DNA from: an uncultured Candidatus Rokubacteria bacterium
GTDB taxonomy: Bacteria > Methylomirabilota > Methylomirabilia > Rokubacteriales > CSP1-6
Assembly: GCA_963762145.1 (NCBI GenBank)
Contig: CAVXJS010000021.1
Span: 896,001-960,000 of the forward strand
Direction: 5' to 3'
DNA length: 64,000 nucleotides
Positions 1-10,100 of the stretch are shown here, piece after piece. A program made the position numbers and the translations under genes. The notes beneath the pieces were generated by a model that did not search any database, was not told where the DNA came from, and saw only the letters and a program-made list of their open reading frames with translations. Position 1 is the first letter of the stretch; the number at the start of each line of letters is the position of its first letter.

Positions 1-1
1 G

Positions 2-307
2 TTCTACGAGGCACTCGGCTTCTCAATGGCCTACGGAGGCGAAACAGAGGCCTTCACATCGTTCAGGGTCGGGACGGAATCCCTGAATCTTGCGAGGGCC
101 GATGATCCGTCGCCTTCGACGAATACAGTGCGCGTCATTTTCCACGTCGACGACGTTGACGCCATGTATGCGCACGTCCTGGCCCGGGGGTTCACGCCGG
201 ATACGCCGCCCAGCGACGCGGCATGGGGCGAGCGCTACTTTCACCTGACCGACCCCGATGGCCACGCCCTTTCATTTGCCCGGCCGTTTCGGGGTGCTGA
301 CGGATGA
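2..307 (+). CDS. VOC/glyoxalase family protein (5' end lies outside the window)
   Basis: Open frame from base 2 (FYEALGF...); motifs FHVDDVDAMY, WGERYFHLTDPDGH. Confidence 0.85.
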   Translation, partial: FYEALGFSMAYGGETEAFTSFRVGTESLNLARADDPSPSTNTVRVIFHVDDVDAMYAHVLARGFTPDTPPSDAAWGERYFHLTDPDGHALSFARPFRGADG

Positions 308-502
308 TCAGGCGCTTCCGTATTTGGTAACATGCACACGGCGTAGCTCTTCAGCGTGCGTTGACCAGGGTAAGGCCCGCGTGCCGGATTCGCCTTCAGG
401 CTCGCCACAAGGAATTCCTGGTGAGGATCGCGAAGCTGCTGCGTCGCCGCACAGGGAAGCCAGCTCGCGGAAGTGATGGCGAGTTGCTCCTTTGCAAGCG
501 GT

Positions 503-748
503 TCAGAGCCCGAGCTTGCTCATCCGCTCCAAGGTCAGTGTGACATTCGGGATCTCATGTTCCGTGTCGTGACGAAGCGCGGCGACCGCCTCTTCAATGC
601 GTTCCGCCGGGATCGAAGCACCCCAGAGAAAGGCCCGGAGACCGTCCTCGGTCTTAATGCGAAACTCGCCATTGCCGGTCGGGACGAACATGACGTCATA
701 CGTCTGGGCCGTTCGTCGAATCCAGATGCGGCCGATTCGGTGCGTCAC
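503..748 (-). CDS. Small hypothetical protein (paralog of 1446-1727)
   Basis: Probable GTG start at 748; C-terminal half aligns by eye with 1446-1727 (LxxFLxxAxIPxxxIExAxxAL...HxIxxVxLTxxxMxxLGL). Confidence 0.65.
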   Translation of the reverse strand: MTHRIGRIWIRRTAQTYDVMFVPTGNGEFRIKTEDGLRAFLWGASIPAERIEEAVAALRHDTEHEIPNVTLTLERMSKLGL

Positions 749-968
749 CGCCCCAGTCCGCTCGCTACCCTGCTCGCCGGGCAAGGGGGCACGGGTCAAC
801 GGGAATTCCGCGGACGCCGCGCGCGAGCGGCCTGCACAACCCACCCCAGAATAAGGCCGACGAGCACGAGGACGGCTCCGCTCAGAACGAGCGTGAGCGG
901 GTTGGTCCACTCGTCAGCGATCATGGGGCCTTCGAGTCAGGCAGACGATGGGGCACTCGCGATCTGAG

Positions 969-1109
969 TTATCGCCACGCAATGCCCGTGCTCTGGCCCA
1001 TGGAATCGTGCAGGCGGGCCCGCTCGTCTGCGGTGGGGTGCGCGAGGATCACCCATATGAAGAGGACCGTCGCCGCCAGCAACAGCGCCAAGGTCTCAAC
1101 GAGTCGCAT
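969..1109 (-). CDS. Small single-TM membrane protein
   Basis: MRLVETLALLLAATVLFIWVILAH..., 46 aa, one hydrophobic stretch. Confidence 0.4.
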   Translation of the reverse strand: MRLVETLALLLAATVLFIWVILAHPTADERARLHDSMGQSTGIAWR

Positions 1110-1445
1110 GAGCGGCCCTCGCCATACCGCGCCGCGGGGGCGGCATCGCTGACCTTCGCACTCGCACACGCTCGGGGCGCTTGGTCCGAGGGCGTGTCCG
1201 GTCGTACCTGCCGTAGCGGTCGTAGCGCATCGTCCGGGTCCTCCAACGAGCCCAGGCCACTTACGAGCAAGGCGCGTTCCAGTGGGCGGCCGTGTGATTT
1301 ATCGCAGGTTTGCGTGACCGCGCGGCGTGGGGCGCGGGAGGTAACTACCGAGGTGCGGCAAGGGCGTCGTTAGGTCGGCTACCAGGCGCCTCTGAAAACG
1401 TTGCACGTGTTCAAGATCTGACGCGAAGGGGACGCGCAGTCCTGG

Positions 1446-1727
1446 CTAGAGCCCGAGCGCCTCCATCTGGGCGGGCGTGAGCCCTACGCGGGCGATGGAG
1501 TGGACTCGCCTCGTCGCGAGAGCTCGCCACGCGCGCTCGATCTCCGGAGTCGGGACACGCGCCCGGCGGAGGAATCCCGTGAGACGGTCCAGTCCATGGA
1601 CGGTCGCGTGCCGACTCCCAAGCCGGCCACCCACCGGCGCGAACGCGATGCGGTACTCGGCGATAACGGGATCGATGGGGCCGTCAACCCGGACAATGTG
1701 CAGGAATCCGGTGACCTCGCCGACCAT
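1446..1727 (-). CDS. Small hypothetical protein (paralog of 503-748)
   Basis: ATG at 1727; shares the C-terminal motif ending MxxLGL-stop. Confidence 0.65.
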   Translation of the reverse strand: MVGEVTGFLHIVRVDGPIDPVIAEYRIAFAPVGGRLGSRHATVHGLDRLTGFLRRARVPTPEIERAWRALATRRVHSIARVGLTPAQMEALGL

Positions 1728-1812
1728 CGTGCCGATAATAGGAGACCCGGTGCTTCTGGCCAGCATGCAAGATGCTGAGCGCCAGGCAGGGGCGGCGAGG
1801 CACCCGGCCATC

Positions 1813-1860
1813 GCCCGGAGCGGATGAGCCGCCCTCCAGAGGCTGCCCCTTCGGGCTCTA
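1813..1860. repeat. Palindromic REP-like element, copy 1
   Basis: GCCCGGAG...GAGCCGCCCTCCAGAGGCTGCCCCTTCGGGC; similar to 2154-2199 and 12859-12905. Confidence 0.5.
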
Positions 1861-2153
1861 CCACTCTGCGCGCACCACGCCGGACGCCTCCCTGATCCCC
1901 TCGCGTTCCGTGTAGCTCACCAGTAGCGCCGTACCGATGGCGTGATCGCAGTGTGTACCATACCGCCCGCGGTGGGAGCACACAAAGGCCCTCTGCCTTC
2001 TCCTCAGGGGGCGTAGCGCGCCGCGAGTATAGGCGGGTTGGGCGGGAGGCACAAGGTGGGCTGTCGTGGTGCCCGCCAGAGAGGAGCACCCGGTGTTACG
2101 TCGCCTTCCACTTCACCTTGGATCAGCGGGCGCGCGCCAAGCCGCCCGGCCAG

Positions 2154-2199
2154 CGCCCGAAGGAGCCGCCCTCTTGAGGCTGCCCCCTTCGGGTTCCTA
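2154..2199. repeat. Palindromic REP-like element, copy 2
   Basis: GCCCGAAGGAGCCGCCCTCTTGAGGCTGCCCCCTTCGGGT; arms CCCGAAGG/CCTTCGGG. Confidence 0.5.
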
Positions 2200-2555
2200 A
2201 CCTTGCATTCCGATTCTCTAACTTGACGTCTCGAAGCCTGCTAAGCCAGTTTGCGGGTGAAAAAGTCCTTCCTCTTGACGACACTTCCCGCGCGGGCATA
2301 AAGGGACCGTCCAGGAGGGCGCTCGCATCAGTCCAGGACGAAAGCGATAGAGCAGAAGATCCGTGAATTCGCCTCAAAGGCTCCCACGCTTCGCTTCTTG
2401 GATCTACCCGGGGGGAATGGGGACGTGCTCTCCGGGTAGGTTTGGTTCCGGATAGCTGACCCGCCAAGCGCAAAGACGCTCTCGCGTCCGAAACCATCGC
2501 GCATCCGTGAGCCTGCGGGCGGGAACGTGATTCGGGGAGGCGAGCGAGAGCGCCG

Positions 2556-2741
2556 CTACGTCAACGGGAACTGCTGCTCGTCTCCGAATCCCTCGGGCGG
2601 GTCAACGCGGGCGTCGTGCTTCACGTCCAAGGGGCCTAGCTGCGGATGGAGCCTGGCGGCTGACTTCGCGGCCCACTCGGACGAGCATTCCCACTCCCAA
2701 CCGCATGAACACGTCACGCGCCAAGAAGGTTTGGGCGGCAT
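2556..2741 (-). CDS. Small Cys/His protein, possibly zinc-binding
   Basis: GAGGG upstream of ATG; WRVTCSCGWEWEC...H motif. Confidence 0.5.
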   Translation of the reverse strand: MPPKPSWRVTCSCGWEWECSSEWAAKSAARLHPQLGPLDVKHDARVDPPEGFGDEQQFPLT

Positions 2742-3107
2742 AGGTCCCTCCGTGGCCGCATCGTCTAGGCGTGACGCGATGGGACGACTCAACCTACACC
2801 CACGGGTGGTCCGGTCAAGGACGTTCTGCCAAGGTGGTTACTCGGCCCCCGAAGACGAATCGGTTCGCCCGCTACGCGCAAGATCACGCCGGTGAGGGCC
2901 GGTCAGTAGCTCGTCCGGTCTCGCTGCGCTGGCATCCTCTGCGAAGTCCACCGCGACTGCATCACCCTCGCCGTCCCGGCGGCAGTGACGTCTGAAGTCT
3001 CGCGCCCCGCTTGACCGTCAGGGTGACCGCGAGTCGAGCGAGCACCTAGCATCTTCGGGTATGCTCCCGGCCAGGACGCGCAATGCGAAGGAGGAACACA
3101 CCTAGCC

Positions 3108-3443
3108 ATGGGCGATGCCTTCGGCGTTCTGGGATTGATGGCGTTCCTCGTGCTTTCATTCGTTGCGGTGTGGGTGATCAGTGGAGCCGCAGAGCGTTAC
3201 CTAGGAGCCGCAGAGCGCTACCTAAGGCGCAAGTCCGATGCAGCACTGCCAGCGGCGTCGGGGAGCATCTGGGACGATCTCAAGGGCGCGGTGGGTGCGG
3301 TTGGCTCAACCGTCGGAGGGCTAGTCACTGGTCTCGTAGGATGCCTCGGCAGCTTAATCGGTTGCCTCGTTGCTCTCGTCCTCAGCCTCGTCGGACTGTT
3401 CTTCATGGTGTGGCTCGTGAAGCGGATGTTGGAAGCGGCGTGA
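3108..3443 (+). CDS. Hypothetical membrane protein
   Basis: AGGAGG upstream; N- and C-terminal hydrophobic segments; 21-bp tandem duplication at 3183-3224 (GAAERYL x2). Confidence 0.6.
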   Translation: MGDAFGVLGLMAFLVLSFVAVWVISGAAERYLGAAERYLRRKSDAALPAASGSIWDDLKGAVGAVGSTVGGLVTGLVGCLGSLIGCLVALVLSLVGLFFMVWLVKRMLEAA

Positions 3444-3726
3444 ACATTGGACGACCTTGGAGGAGAAGCGACGAGATGGAGATTAAGACCTCGTTGGGAT
3501 CGGCGGGGTTTGGATGAAGGAGGGCTTCGGCGGGGTGATGACGCTCTTGAGTCCGTTCAACTTCGCCAGCTGGTTCGTGACCGCGTTGACGGTTGCACCA
3601 GGAATCGCCGCGCTGGTCTGGGCAGACAAGCTCGCTGTGCGTGGAAGAGGGAGGACGCGATGATGAGACTGCCGAGGGTCGTGGCCGCGCTCACCCTCTG
3701 CGGCCTGCTCACTTCGCTTCCACCTA

Positions 3727-4386
3727 TCATCTCGGCTGACCGCCCGCCGGCTCCAGCGTGAAGGGGGTCGGCCAGGGACCGGTCACGTCCGGGACCCGGC
3801 GAATCGGGATGCGCTGGCGCGCGTCCTCCTGCCAGGCCGCGAAGGCCTTCGCGATCATCTCGGCGCGCAGGCGGTCGCGCGTGCTCGCCCGCGTGGCCGC
3901 GTCGTGCTGCCCCGGGCCGAGCGCTTCGTCCACGTCGAAGTCGGTGACGAAGGCGAAGGACCGGAAGCGGAGCTCCACGAAGCGGTCGACGCGGAGGTCC
4001 TCCTCGAAAAGACGCCGGGCCCACGCGGGGGCGATGCCGACCCGGGCCAGCCGGGCCGCGAAGGCCGCGCCGCCGGCCTGCTCCCACGCCCGGTCGACGT
4101 CGGCGGCCGGCACCTCGATGGCGAGCTGGGTGGCCTCGCGCAACGCGAGCTGGGCGTCCAGGTACTTCGCCAGCTCCGCGTCGGTGATCGGCGCGGTCGA
4201 CGGCTCGAGGCCCAGCACGCCCAGCGTCCGCGCGAGCGCCACGTCGCTCAGCGTGATCGCGCGCCCGGCGACTTCCGCGACCACCGTGTCCAGCAGCGTA
4301 CCCGCGTCTGGCCGGCGAGCGTCGACCGCCTCGCCGTCGGTGACCAGCGCGAGCAGGAGCACCACCGTCGCCCACCCGACGCGCAT
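3727..4386 (-). CDS. Periplasmic SurA N-terminal-like chaperone
   Basis: Signal peptide; LDTVVAEVAGRAITLSDV resembles the SurA N-terminus (DxIVAVVNxxxITxSDV); overlaps the stop of the Omp85 gene. Confidence 0.65.
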   Translation of the reverse strand: MRVGWATVVLLLALVTDGEAVDARRPDAGTLLDTVVAEVAGRAITLSDVALARTLGVLGLEPSTAPITDAELAKYLDAQLALREATQLAIEVPAADVDRAWEQAGGAAFAARLARVGIAPAWARRLFEEDLRVDRFVELRFRSFAFVTDFDVDEALGPGQHDAATRASTRDRLRAEMIAKAFAAWQEDARQRIPIRRVPDVTGPWPTPFTLEPAGGQPR

Positions 4387-7130
4387 CAGAACGGGTTCCC
4401 GAAGGTGACGTAGAACTGTATCCGCGAGTCGTTACCGAGACGGTCCAGCGCGTAGCCCACGTCAAAGCGGATTGGGCCGACCGGGGTCTTGAGGCGGAGC
4501 CCTCCGCCGACGCCGGTGCGAAGCGCGCCGAAGTCGAGGTCCGAGATCTTGGGCGTCACGGCACCGCTGTCGACGAACACCGCCCCGCCCAGCCACCGAT
4601 AGAGCGGGAAGCGCCACTCCAGGTTCAGGACCGCCGTGGCGTTGCCGCCGACCGGGTTGCCGCGGGCATCGAGTGGTCCGAGACGGTCCTCCCGGTAGCC
4701 GCGGACGGTGGTGGCCCCGCCGGCGTAGAACCGGTCCTGGATCACCAGCACGTCGGTGCCGCCGTAGGGCGAGGCCAGCCCGAGGCGTCCGGCCACCGCG
4801 ATGACCGTCTTGGGTACCCAGTCGAAGTACCACCGGGTCTCGAACTGTCCCTTGACGAACTGGACGTCGCTGCCGAGCACCCGCGCGCCGGTCTCCACCG
4901 CGACCTGATGGAAGCTGCCGCGTGTCGGGTCCAGCGGCTCGTCGCGCCGATCCAGGGTGAGCATCGGCGTCACGCTGATGATGAGCTGGGTACCGGGCTC
5001 CACGTCCTCGGCCGTGAGGCTCGGATCGACGTCCGAATAGCGAGCCTGCACTATCCGGTACCGCAGGTCCCCGCGCAGCCCGCGGATCCGGTCGGGGAAG
5101 AGCTCGCGATGGGCGTCCAGCCAAATGCCGTACTGGCTGAGGTCGTAGCCGAGCTGGCGGCTGGACGCCTGGAAGATGTCGACGTCCAGCCACCACGGCG
5201 TGCCGAGCAGGAAGGGCACCCGGCCGAGGACGTCGGTGCGCTGCGCAAAGCTCGTGACGTCGCCGCCCCCGCTCAGACGCTGGCGTATGCTGAGGCTGGC
5301 TCCGGTGCCGAAGACATCGTCGTGGCCGAGCTCGACGAAGCCGCGGCCCCCCTCTGCGGTGGCGTAGCCGAGCCCGAAGTCGAAGTGCCAGGGCTTCCGC
5401 TCCCGGAGCGTGACCTCCACATCGGCAAACGGGTTCGGCGGTGGACGGAGCGGATCGATCGACACCGAGTCGAAGGCGGCCATGTCCCCGAGCCGCCGCT
5501 GCCCGGTGATGAGCTTGTCCGGGAGCAGCACATCGCCCGGCTGGAAGGGCAGGGTCCGCCGCACCATGCTCTCGCGCGCGAGCAGGAGTCCGCGCACCAG
5601 GACGCGCCCGATGCGTGTCTGCTCGCCCTCCACGATGTCGTAGCGGACGTCCACCGTCGAGTCTCGGCGGGTGGTCTGGACGCGCACCATCGCGCCGTGG
5701 TAGCCACGGTCGGCGTAGAGCCGCTCGATCGCGCGCTGGCCGTCCTCTGGCTGCCGGGACTCCCAGGGGGCGCCGACCTTGAACGGCAGGGCGGCGTCGA
5801 TCTGAGCCCGGGTGACGAGGTGTGCACCCTCGATGGCGATGGCGCCGGTGGTGATCCGCGGCCCGTCACGCACTGGGATCACCACCTGGGCCCGGGTGTG
5901 GTCGTCGGAGAAGTGGACCTGGGGCGGGCCGACGGTGGCCTCCGCGTAGCCGAGCGAGCGGAGATAGGCCAGTACCACGCCGACGTCGCGCTCCAGCGTG
6001 TCGTGGCGGAAGAGCCCGCGGCGGAATAGGCCGGGCGGCTTCGTCTCGATGCGCTTGGCGAGCTCCTCGGCGGGCTCCGAATGCTCGCCCGTGAAGGTCA
6101 CCGACTCAATGATCACCCGGGGCCCTTCATCGATGGCGAAGTGGATCACGTGGACGTCGCCGTCGCGCGTCTCGTGCGCTTTCACGGTGACGAAGTGGTA
6201 TCCATGCTCCCGGTAGGCCGCCTCCAGCTGATGCGCGCTCGCCTCCTGCTCGAAGGCATCGGCCGATCCGGTCTCCGGGAAGGTCAGCCGCGACTTGAGC
6301 GTCGATTCGGACAGCGCGGAGCGCCCCGCGAGCTCGACCCGGTAGCGCGGGCCGGCGGTGACCCCGACCTCCAGATCCACCCGGTTCCGGTCCTGGTGCC
6401 ATTCGGGGCGGGCGGCGACGCGCGCGCCGTAATAGCCCTCCTGCCGGAGGCGCTCCTCGGCGGCGCGCACCCCGTCACGCATGCGCGACTCGCGGTAGCG
6501 CTCGCCTTCCCTGAGCTTGAGCACCTTCTCGATCTGCGCGGCCGGCAATCCGGTGTCGCCCACGAGGCGCACCGTGCCGATCTTCGTCGGCCCACCCGCG
6601 TCCAGGAACACGGTCACATCCCGCTCGCTGGTGCCCGGCACCGCCTGGGTCTGGAACCGAACGCGCGCGCCGAGATAGCCTTCTTCCCGGTAGCGTGCGA
6701 GCAGATCGCGCTCGGCTCGGGCCAGGCGCTCCGGGGACGCTTCCTCGCCGATAGCGAGGCCGGCCGCGGCCACCGCCGCGGCCAGATCGATGCCCGGCTC
6801 GCCCTCCCACGCGATGTGCCGGATGGGGACGCGGAGGGTCAACTCGTAGCGCAGCGTCAGCCCGCCGGCCACCGTGATCTCCTGGACGCGGATCGTCGAG
6901 AAGCGCTGCAGTGCCCACAGACGATCGACAGAGGCGCGCACCGCATCGCGGGAGAGGGGCTTGCCGGCCAGATCGCCGATCGTGGCCCGCACCTGCGCCT
7001 CTTCGCGCAGCGGAGCATCCGCGGAGATCTCCACCGATGTCACCACCGGCGGCTCGGCTGCGGCGGAGCCCCCGAGGGCCGTCAGCAGGATGACCCCCGC
7101 GAGAACGCGCCGTGCGCGACGACCGATCAC
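4386..7130 (-). CDS. Omp85 (TamA/BamA family) protein with about 7 POTRA domains
   Basis: Probable GTG start at 7130 with signal peptide; repeated POTRA motifs (YxxxGY, EGPR); barrel motifs RFYAGG..VRGY and TPVGPIRFD; C-terminal Phe. Confidence 0.9.
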   Translation of the reverse strand: MIGRRARRVLAGVILLTALGGSAAAEPPVVTSVEISADAPLREEAQVRATIGDLAGKPLSRDAVRASVDRLWALQRFSTIRVQEITVAGGLTLRYELTLRVPIRHIAWEGEPGIDLAAAVAAAGLAIGEEASPERLARAERDLLARYREEGYLGARVRFQTQAVPGTSERDVTVFLDAGGPTKIGTVRLVGDTGLPAAQIEKVLKLREGERYRESRMRDGVRAAEERLRQEGYYGARVAARPEWHQDRNRVDLEVGVTAGPRYRVELAGRSALSESTLKSRLTFPETGSADAFEQEASAHQLEAAYREHGYHFVTVKAHETRDGDVHVIHFAIDEGPRVIIESVTFTGEHSEPAEELAKRIETKPPGLFRRGLFRHDTLERDVGVVLAYLRSLGYAEATVGPPQVHFSDDHTRAQVVIPVRDGPRITTGAIAIEGAHLVTRAQIDAALPFKVGAPWESRQPEDGQRAIERLYADRGYHGAMVRVQTTRRDSTVDVRYDIVEGEQTRIGRVLVRGLLLARESMVRRTLPFQPGDVLLPDKLITGQRRLGDMAAFDSVSIDPLRPPPNPFADVEVTLRERKPWHFDFGLGYATAEGGRGFVELGHDDVFGTGASLSIRQRLSGGGDVTSFAQRTDVLGRVPFLLGTPWWLDVDIFQASSRQLGYDLSQYGIWLDAHRELFPDRIRGLRGDLRYRIVQARYSDVDPSLTAEDVEPGTQLIISVTPMLTLDRRDEPLDPTRGSFHQVAVETGARVLGSDVQFVKGQFETRWYFDWVPKTVIAVAGRLGLASPYGGTDVLVIQDRFYAGGATTVRGYREDRLGPLDARGNPVGGNATAVLNLEWRFPLYRWLGGAVFVDSGAVTPKISDLDFGALRTGVGGGLRLKTPVGPIRFDVGYALDRLGNDSRIQFYVTFGNPF

Positions 7131-7140
7131 GGCGACCGGC

Positions 7141-10100
7141 TCACCGGAAGCGAAAGCGAAACACGACGTCGGCCCCGTAGCCGTACTCACGATCGTACTC
7201 ACCGGACAGGTACACCGGCGCCCAGAGCTGGTACTCGACGTGCACGGTGTCCTTGCGGGCGCCCGGGGTGTTGCGCGACCGGTTGTACGCGTTCCGCTCC
7301 TCGCCCCGAAACCCGTGGATCTCGCTCGCGTTCTCGCTGGCGGCCGACGAGCCGGTGCTAATCCGCAGGCCGCTAACACCGGGATCGACGCCGAACACGT
7401 CCTGGGCCAGCATCTTGCCCGCTTCGCTCAGGAGCACGGTGGCGGGCGACTCGCGGAGGACGGCGCCGGTGGCACCGAAGGCCACCAGAGACAACAGGTC
7501 GTTCTGGGACAGACGGGGCGTCGAGCTGAAGCGCACCGTGATGTTCGATAGCGGCCCGGTGACCTGCATGGTCACGTCGTACTCGGCGATGCGCGAGGTG
7601 GCGAGCACGTCCAGGAACGGGTCGAGGCGGCGCGGGTCGGCGAAGCGCACCGTGATGCCGGTCACGCTCCAGTCGCGTCCGCGGAAATTGATGCGGCCGT
7701 CCCGGCTCTCCACCAAGCCGAAGACGACCGGCCGGGCGGTGGTGCCCTCGATGGTCAGGACGCCGCCCCCGCGCAGGTCCGCGGTGCGGCTACGCACCAC
7801 CAGATTGTCGTCGAGGTCCACCCGGATTCGCAGGCGGAGCGGGGTGCCCGGATCGACGGCGGCGGCCTGCGCCGGCGACAGCACGAGGGATAGGACGGAC
7901 AGGTCGCGCCGATAGGCGCCACGCACGAGGCGCGCCCGGCCGATGAGCTGCGCCTCGCGGGTGATCCCGCTCAGCTCGAGGTCGGCGTCCCAGGCGCTGG
8001 AGAAGCCCTCGATCTGCCCCACCGAGACGTCCTTCGCCCGCAGCTTGAAGCGGTAGGCGCCGGGCTGCCAGCCCTGCAGCGCGATGTCGCCCTGGGCCTG
8101 CAGCCGACCGCCGCCCATCGCCGCGGTGGCGTCCCGCACCTGCACTCCCTGGGTCGAGAAGACGAGGCGTGCCTCGATGTCGTGTAGCGTCTGCGGGCGG
8201 TCGCGCAGGAGCAGGTTGCCGCGGTGGATGGCGCCGTCGCCTATGAAGGCCGGCGCGGCCAGCGTGCCGGAGGCCCGCAGCGCGAGATCGAGCGTGCCCT
8301 CGATCTCGCGGATCTCGGGCCGCATCGCGCCGAGCATGGCGAGCGGCAGCTGGGCCGTCGCGCGCCCGTCCAGCTTGCCGTCCGCGCCCACGGTGCCCGC
8401 CCCCGCGAGGAAGCCCCCCGGCTTGGCGGTGAGCCGGAAGTCGGCGATGGAGAAGCCGCCCTGCGCCCAGCGGATCTGGATCGGGCTCGCGCTCTCCCAC
8501 GTGTCGTTTGCGACCGTCAGGCGCAGGGGACCGATCGAGACGACCCCGGTGCCTCGCTGTGGCTCCGCGAGCGGCACCCGGGCGGTGGCGCGGGCCGAGA
8601 TCGTGCCGCCGATGGCGGCGAGCCCTGGCCCGAGCGTGCGGGTGAGGCGCGCCAGGTCGACGTCCGGAATCGTGCCCTGGGCCTCGAGCGTGCCAGCCGC
8701 ATCCACGCGGCCGCGCGCGCTCGCCTGCAGGCGCGGCTCGGGGAAGGAGAGTTCGGCGCGGTACTCCCGGTCCCGCGCCGACAGATCGATCTGACCGCGA
8801 CCGAGCGACACGCCGGCGACCGCGACGTCCTCGAGCACCGCGCGCGCGGTGCCGGTGACGTCCGTGATCGAGGACATGCTCGCGTCGATCGTGGCGCGCC
8901 CGGTGCCCTGGAGGCCGGGACCGGGGGGAACGAGGGTGACGCCGGCCAGCGGCACCGGGCCGAGCGTGGCCTTCGCGCTGCCCCCGCCCGCCCACGCCCA
9001 CGTGGCGGTGCCGCGGGTGGGTACGCCGAACGCGTCGACGGACAGCTCGGTCACGTCGAGGCGCGTGTCGTCCAGGGCGAAGACGGCCCGCAGCTGCCGG
9101 AGCGGACCCGGCCCCATCTCCAGCCGTGGCGAGGTGAGCGTGCCCGTGGCGCGCCACGCCCGAGGCGTGCCCTCCGCGCGCGCGGTCAGGGCCAGCTCGC
9201 CAACCCCCTGGGCGGCCGGGGGTAGGAGCGGCGAGACGTCTTCCAGGCGCGCCGACGGTGCGCGGAGCTCGGCCCGGATCTGGGTCAGGCGGGCCAGCGT
9301 GTCCGCCGTCAGCGCGCCATCCAGCGGCCAGGTCGCGCTCGCGTCCGCCGAGAGCCGGCTCGTGCCGAGCCGCGCCTGGCCCTTCTCGAGGCGCAAGCTC
9401 GACCGAGTCAATCGCAGCGGCAGGTCTACGTCGCTCACCGTCGCGCCGCGCAGCTGGATCCGCGGCGCGCGCAGCGCGCCGGTGGCCTCGAGGGCGTCGG
9501 TGCGGCCGTGCGCGTCGGCGGTGAGGGTGGCGCGCCCGCCGACCCCAGGCGCGCCCAGTGCGGGCGCGAGTCGGGCCAGCTCGGCCTCCACCCGCGCGGT
9601 CATCGCGATGGCGCCGTCGTCGCGAACCTGGCCCGAGGCGGCGGCCACCAGGCCGGGCCACTGCGCGTCGAGCCGGCTCAGCTCGACGGCGCCATCGCCC
9701 AGGCGGATCTCGGCGCGGGCCTGGCCACGGCCGATCTCGGCCAGGGCACCCGGCAACCGCGCGTGGTCGAGCGCGAGCGCGAGCGCCCGATGCTCGGCAC
9801 CGACCAGCACGCCGGTGGCGGTCAGCCGCCCGGACAGGCCGTCGAGCTGGAAACGCTCCAGGGCGACGCGCGACCCTTCCCATCGCAGCACGATCGGGCC
9901 CTGGCTGGCCCACGACTCGCCCAGGAGACGCAGACCGTCTGGGGTCATCCGGAGCACGCCGCGCCCGCTCGCCGGCTCGCCGAGCGCGATCGACGCCTCG
10001 CCGCGGGCCGACACGCGTCCCTCGACGTGTTCGGCCGCGCCCGAGCCGAGCTCGCGGAGGAGAGGCTGCAGCGCCAGGTCATCCAGTTCGACCGTGCTGC

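Noticed and set aside
1292-1307. TGTGATTTATCGCA resembling a CRP/FNR site
   Set aside because: Half-site spacing fits neither TGTGA-N6-TCACA nor TTGAT-N4-ATCAA; single occurrence.
1908-1935. tRNA D-arm-like GTGTAGCTCACCAGTAGCGC
   Set aside because: No T-arm, anticodon arm or acceptor stem can be built.
2323-2348. Hammerhead-like GTCCAGGACGAAAG and a nearby hairpin (2404-2439)
   Set aside because: The required upstream CUGAnGA core is absent (the sequence reads CGCATCA); the hairpin alone does not support an ncRNA call.
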